DNA of 8,667 bases from a virus (lineage: Duplodnaviria > Heunggongvirae > Uroviricota > Caudoviricetes). Within the stretch, counting starts at the first letter, position 1. Every line of letters begins with the position of its first letter. The stretch is from IMG/VR virus record IMGVR_UViG_2579778894_000017; one strand, written 5' to 3'. A model generated the notes under the pieces. The model had not been told where the DNA came from, made no database searches, and saw nothing but the letters and a program-made list of their open reading frames with translations. This document shows positions 6,006 to 8,667 of this stretch, in pieces. The position numbers and the translations under genes were made by a program.

Positions 6006-6032
6006 AACCCGCTTCGGCGGGTTTTTGTTTTT
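6006..6032 (+). terminator. Intrinsic terminator of the hok transcript
   Basis: AACCCGC-ttcg-GCGGGTT stem-loop followed by TTTTGTTTTT. Confidence 0.75.
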
Positions 6033-6153
6033 ATTTTCAACGCATTTGAAGTTCTGGACGGTGTCGGAATAGAATCAAAAATACTTAAGTAGTGCGCAGG
6101 GATAAGAGGGATGGTCCCTTAAAGGGGAGAGCTAATTATCCGGAAGGATTCTG

Positions 6154-6405
6154 ATGATGAACATCGAAGAACTGCGTAAAATTTTTTGTGAAGATGGCCT
6201 CTATGCTGTGTGCGTTGAAAATGGAAATATTGTTAGTCATTACCGCATTGTGTGTTTGCGAAAGAATGGGGCTGCGTTAATTAATTTTGTGGATGGTCGA
6301 GTGACAGACGGATTTATCTTGCGCGAAGGTGAGTTTGTCACTTCATTACAGGCACTGAAAGAGATCGGAATAAAAGCTGGCTTTTCTGCTTTTTCAGAAG
6401 AATAA
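6154..6405 (+). CDS. rem: Rem-like hypothetical prophage protein (83 aa)
   Basis: ORF with GGAAGGA RBS. The 83-aa size and position (next to hokD, upstream of ydfU) match Qin rem as I recall it. Function unknown. Confidence 0.6.
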   Translation: MMNIEELRKIFCEDGLYAVCVENGNIVSHYRIVCLRKNGAALINFVDGRVTDGFILREGEFVTSLQALKEIGIKAGFSAFSEE

Positions 6406-6471
6406 ACTCATCTACAATCTTGCGCGGGGCTGAACTCCCGCTGAGTAACACCGTGCCGCCGGAGGAAACCG

Positions 6472-6750
6472 ATGGCACGCAACGCAAAATATTACAATCA
6501 TGATAATTCGACCGTTCTTGCCCACACGCACGAGCGGTATTCTCACGCATTTAAGTCAGACTGGTACCAGCATCCCCCATGCACTGAAGAACAGGCCGAA
6601 TGGCTCATTCAGTGTTACCGCAGGCGCGGATGCGAGGTTAAAAAAGCCCTTAGCCTCGACTACCGTCACTGGATAATCTCCGTCGGGCTTCCTTACTCCG
6701 AACGCCCACCGCGTCTGTCCCGCACATTCCAGCAACGCATCTGGAGGTAA
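6472..6750 (+). CDS. Hypothetical prophage protein (92 aa)
   Basis: ORF with GGAGGA RBS. Its stop TAA (6748-6750) abuts the GTG start of the next gene, suggesting translational coupling. No family recognised. Confidence 0.65.
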   Translation: MARNAKYYNHDNSTVLAHTHERYSHAFKSDWYQHPPCTEEQAEWLIQCYRRRGCEVKKALSLDYRHWIISVGLPYSERPPRLSRTFQQRIWR

Positions 6751-6751
6751 C

Positions 6752-7801
6752 GTGCGGGTATTACTTCGACCTGTTCTGGTACCGGAACTCGGGCTGGTGG
6801 TCCTTAAGCCCGGTCGCGAATCACTGCCGGTTTTTCATTGCGGCAGGGTGCTGGTGGAGCCGGAACCGAAAAGCATGCGCGGTCTGCCGTCCGGAGTCGT
6901 CCCTGCCGTTCGCCAGCCGCTGGCGGAGGATAAATCATTACTGCCATTTTTCAGCGATGAGCGTGTGATTCGTGCTGCTGGCGGCGCTGGCGCACTGTCT
7001 GACTGGCTCCTGCGTCATGTCAAATCCTGCCAGTGGCCTCATGGTGACTACCATCACAGTGAAACCGTCATACATCGTTATGGTACCGGCGCAATGGTGT
7101 TGTGCTGGCACTGCGACAACCAGCTGCGCGACCAGACCTCCGAATCACTCGGGCAACTTGCTCACCAAAACCTGTCTGCATGGATGATTGACGTCATACG
7201 CCATGCAATGAATGGCTCGCAGGAACGGGAATTATCGCTGGCTGAATTATCCTGGTGGGCGATCCGCAATCAGGTGGCGGACGCGCTACCGGAAGCGGTA
7301 TTACGTCGTTCGCTGGGGTTGCGTGCGGAAAAAATCCGCTCAATGTACCGTGAAAGCGACATCGTACCGGGAGAGCAGACCGCCACCAGCATACTGAAAC
7401 AGCGCACAAAAAATCTTGCGCCGCTGCCTCACGCCCACCAGCAACAGAACCCGCCACAGGAAAAGACGGTGGTCAGCATTGCTGTTGATCCGGAGTCTCC
7501 GGAATCTTTAATGAAGCGACCTAAACGTCGCCGTTGGGTAAATGAGAAATATACGCGCTGGGTAAAGACACAGCCGTGTGCGTGTTGTGGTAAGCCAGCC
7601 GACGATCCCCATCACCTGATTGGTCATGGTCAGGGCGGAATAGGGACAAAAGCCCACGATATTTTCACGCTACCGTTGTGCCGGGAGCATCACAACGAAC
7701 TTCATGCTGATCCGCTGGCATTTGAAGAAAAGCATGGTTCCCAGATTGATTTAATTTTTCGTTTTCTTGATCGCGCCTTTGCAACCGGCGTGCTCGGGTA
7801 A
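6752..7801 (+). CDS. ydfU: DUF968-family prophage protein (YdfU-like) with a C-terminal HNH-like Cys/His motif
   Basis: 349-aa ORF from GTG at 6752, with GGAGG at 6744-6748. The C-terminus CACCGKPADDPHHLIGHGQGG...LPLCREHHNELH resembles an HNH/zinc-binding motif. Size matches Qin YdfU. Confidence 0.75.
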   Translation: MRVLLRPVLVPELGLVVLKPGRESLPVFHCGRVLVEPEPKSMRGLPSGVVPAVRQPLAEDKSLLPFFSDERVIRAAGGAGALSDWLLRHVKSCQWPHGDYHHSETVIHRYGTGAMVLCWHCDNQLRDQTSESLGQLAHQNLSAWMIDVIRHAMNGSQERELSLAELSWWAIRNQVADALPEAVLRRSLGLRAEKIRSMYRESDIVPGEQTATSILKQRTKNLAPLPHAHQQQNPPQEKTVVSIAVDPESPESLMKRPKRRRWVNEKYTRWVKTQPCACCGKPADDPHHLIGHGQGGIGTKAHDIFTLPLCREHHNELHADPLAFEEKHGSQIDLIFRFLDRAFATGVLG

Positions 7802-7813
7802 AAGAGGTTACTG

Positions 7814-8173
7814 ATGCGTATAGAGTTTGTTTTGCCTTACCCGCCGACGGTGAACACCTACTGGCGACGTCGTGGCAGCACATATTTTGTGTCAAAAGCC
7901 GGTGAGCGTTATCGCCGGGATGTGGCACTTATTGTTCGCCAGCAGCGGCTGAAATTAAACCTGTCCGGAAGGCTGGCGATAAAGATTATTGCAGAGCCAC
8001 CGGATAAGCGCCGCCGCGACCTGGACAATATCCTGAAGGCACCACTGGATGCGCTTACGCATGCCGGACTACTTATAGACGACGAGCAGTTTGATGAAAT
8101 CAATATTGTGCGCGGTCAGCTCGTTTCTGGTGGGCGGCTGGGCGTGAAGATTTACAAAATTGAAAGTGAGTGA
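7814..8173 (+). CDS. rusA: RusA Holliday-junction resolvase
   Basis: 119 aa containing PDKRRRDLDNILKAPLDALT, matching the catalytic acidic motif region of RusA. AGAGG RBS. Typical nin-region position upstream of Q. Confidence 0.9.
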   Translation: MRIEFVLPYPPTVNTYWRRRGSTYFVSKAGERYRRDVALIVRQQRLKLNLSGRLAIKIIAEPPDKRRRDLDNILKAPLDALTHAGLLIDDEQFDEINIVRGQLVSGGRLGVKIYKIESE

Positions 8174-8181
8174 GCATAAAT

Positions 8182-8667
8182 ATGATATACCCGGAAATTA
8201 CAGGCAAAAGCGGTGAGCATTTACGCCTGAAAACGCTGGAAAGTGTCTGGATCCAGGGGAAACTGCGTATGTGGGGGCGTTGGTCGTATATTGGCGACGG
8301 TAAGACGGGAAATATGTTCAACCAATTACTGACCTCTAAAAAGCTGACAAAAACGGCAATTAACGAGGCGCTCCGGAGGATGAAAAAAGCGGGTCTGGAC
8401 AAACCTGAACTTGAGGCTTTTTTGCGGGATATGATCAACGGCAATCAAAAAAGCTGGCTGGCACATTGTACCGATTCAGAGGCGTTAATAATCGACAGGG
8501 TTATTGGTGAAGTACTGGCAGGTTATCCCGGGCTGCTCAATGTTCTGAGTCAGCGTTATGTGGGGCGGGGGATGACTAAGCGCAAAATGGCTGAACTGCT
8601 GAATGATGCACATCCGGAATGGAGTTTAAGAACCTGTGAAAGACGCATTGAGCATTGGCTAAAGGTG
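8182..8667 (+). CDS. Antitermination protein Q-like (5' part; the ORF runs off the window end)
   Basis: Manual translation from the ATG at 8182 stays open for 162 codons to the window end (MIYPEITGKSGEHLRLKTLESVWIQGKLRMWGRWSYIGDGKTGNMF...). The WGRW and ALIIDRVIGEVL...YVGRGMT segments resemble Q antiterminators of the 933W/phage-82 type. It sits directly after rusA. It is absent from the ORF track because it has no in-window stop. Confidence 0.6.
   Translation, partial: MIYPEITGKSGEHLRLKTLESVWIQGKLRMWGRWSYIGDGKTGNMFNQLLTSKKLTKTAINEALRRMKKAGLDKPELEAFLRDMINGNQKSWLAHCTDSEALIIDRVIGEVLAGYPGLLNVLSQRYVGRGMTKRKMAELLNDAHPEWSLRTCERRIEHWLKV

Noticed and set aside
6338-8444. Shadow ORFs 6338..6550 (-), 6972..7187 (+), 7194..7457 (-), 7212..7397 (+), 7665..7928 (-), 7909..8103 (-), 8100..8444 (-)
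   Set aside because: All are embedded in or antisense to the rem-like, ydfU-like, rusA or Q-like genes. The GC-rich ydfU region generates long spurious frames.

Overview
This window looks like the early/regulatory region of a lambdoid enterobacterial prophage of the Qin (dic) type, read from sequence and from remembered protein families only; no searches were run. Leftward (minus strand): dicA repressor, then ydfA, ydfB, ydfC and the DicF small RNA, with the window start cutting where dicB would lie. Rightward: Cro-like dicC, a YdaT-like (cII-analog) gene, an O-like replication initiator with an iteron origin inside its own gene, a 135-aa unknown, then a visibly AT-rich inserted segment encoding a 343-aa SIR2-like protein (the best candidate for an uncharacterised defence module), a 29-aa hydrophobic ORF, a hok/mok toxin locus with intact fold-back elements and terminator, rem-like and 92-aa unknowns, a DUF968/ydfU-like protein, rusA, and the 5' part of a Q-like antiterminator running off the window. 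Most other ORFs in the six-frame track are antisense or out-of-frame shadows of these genes.
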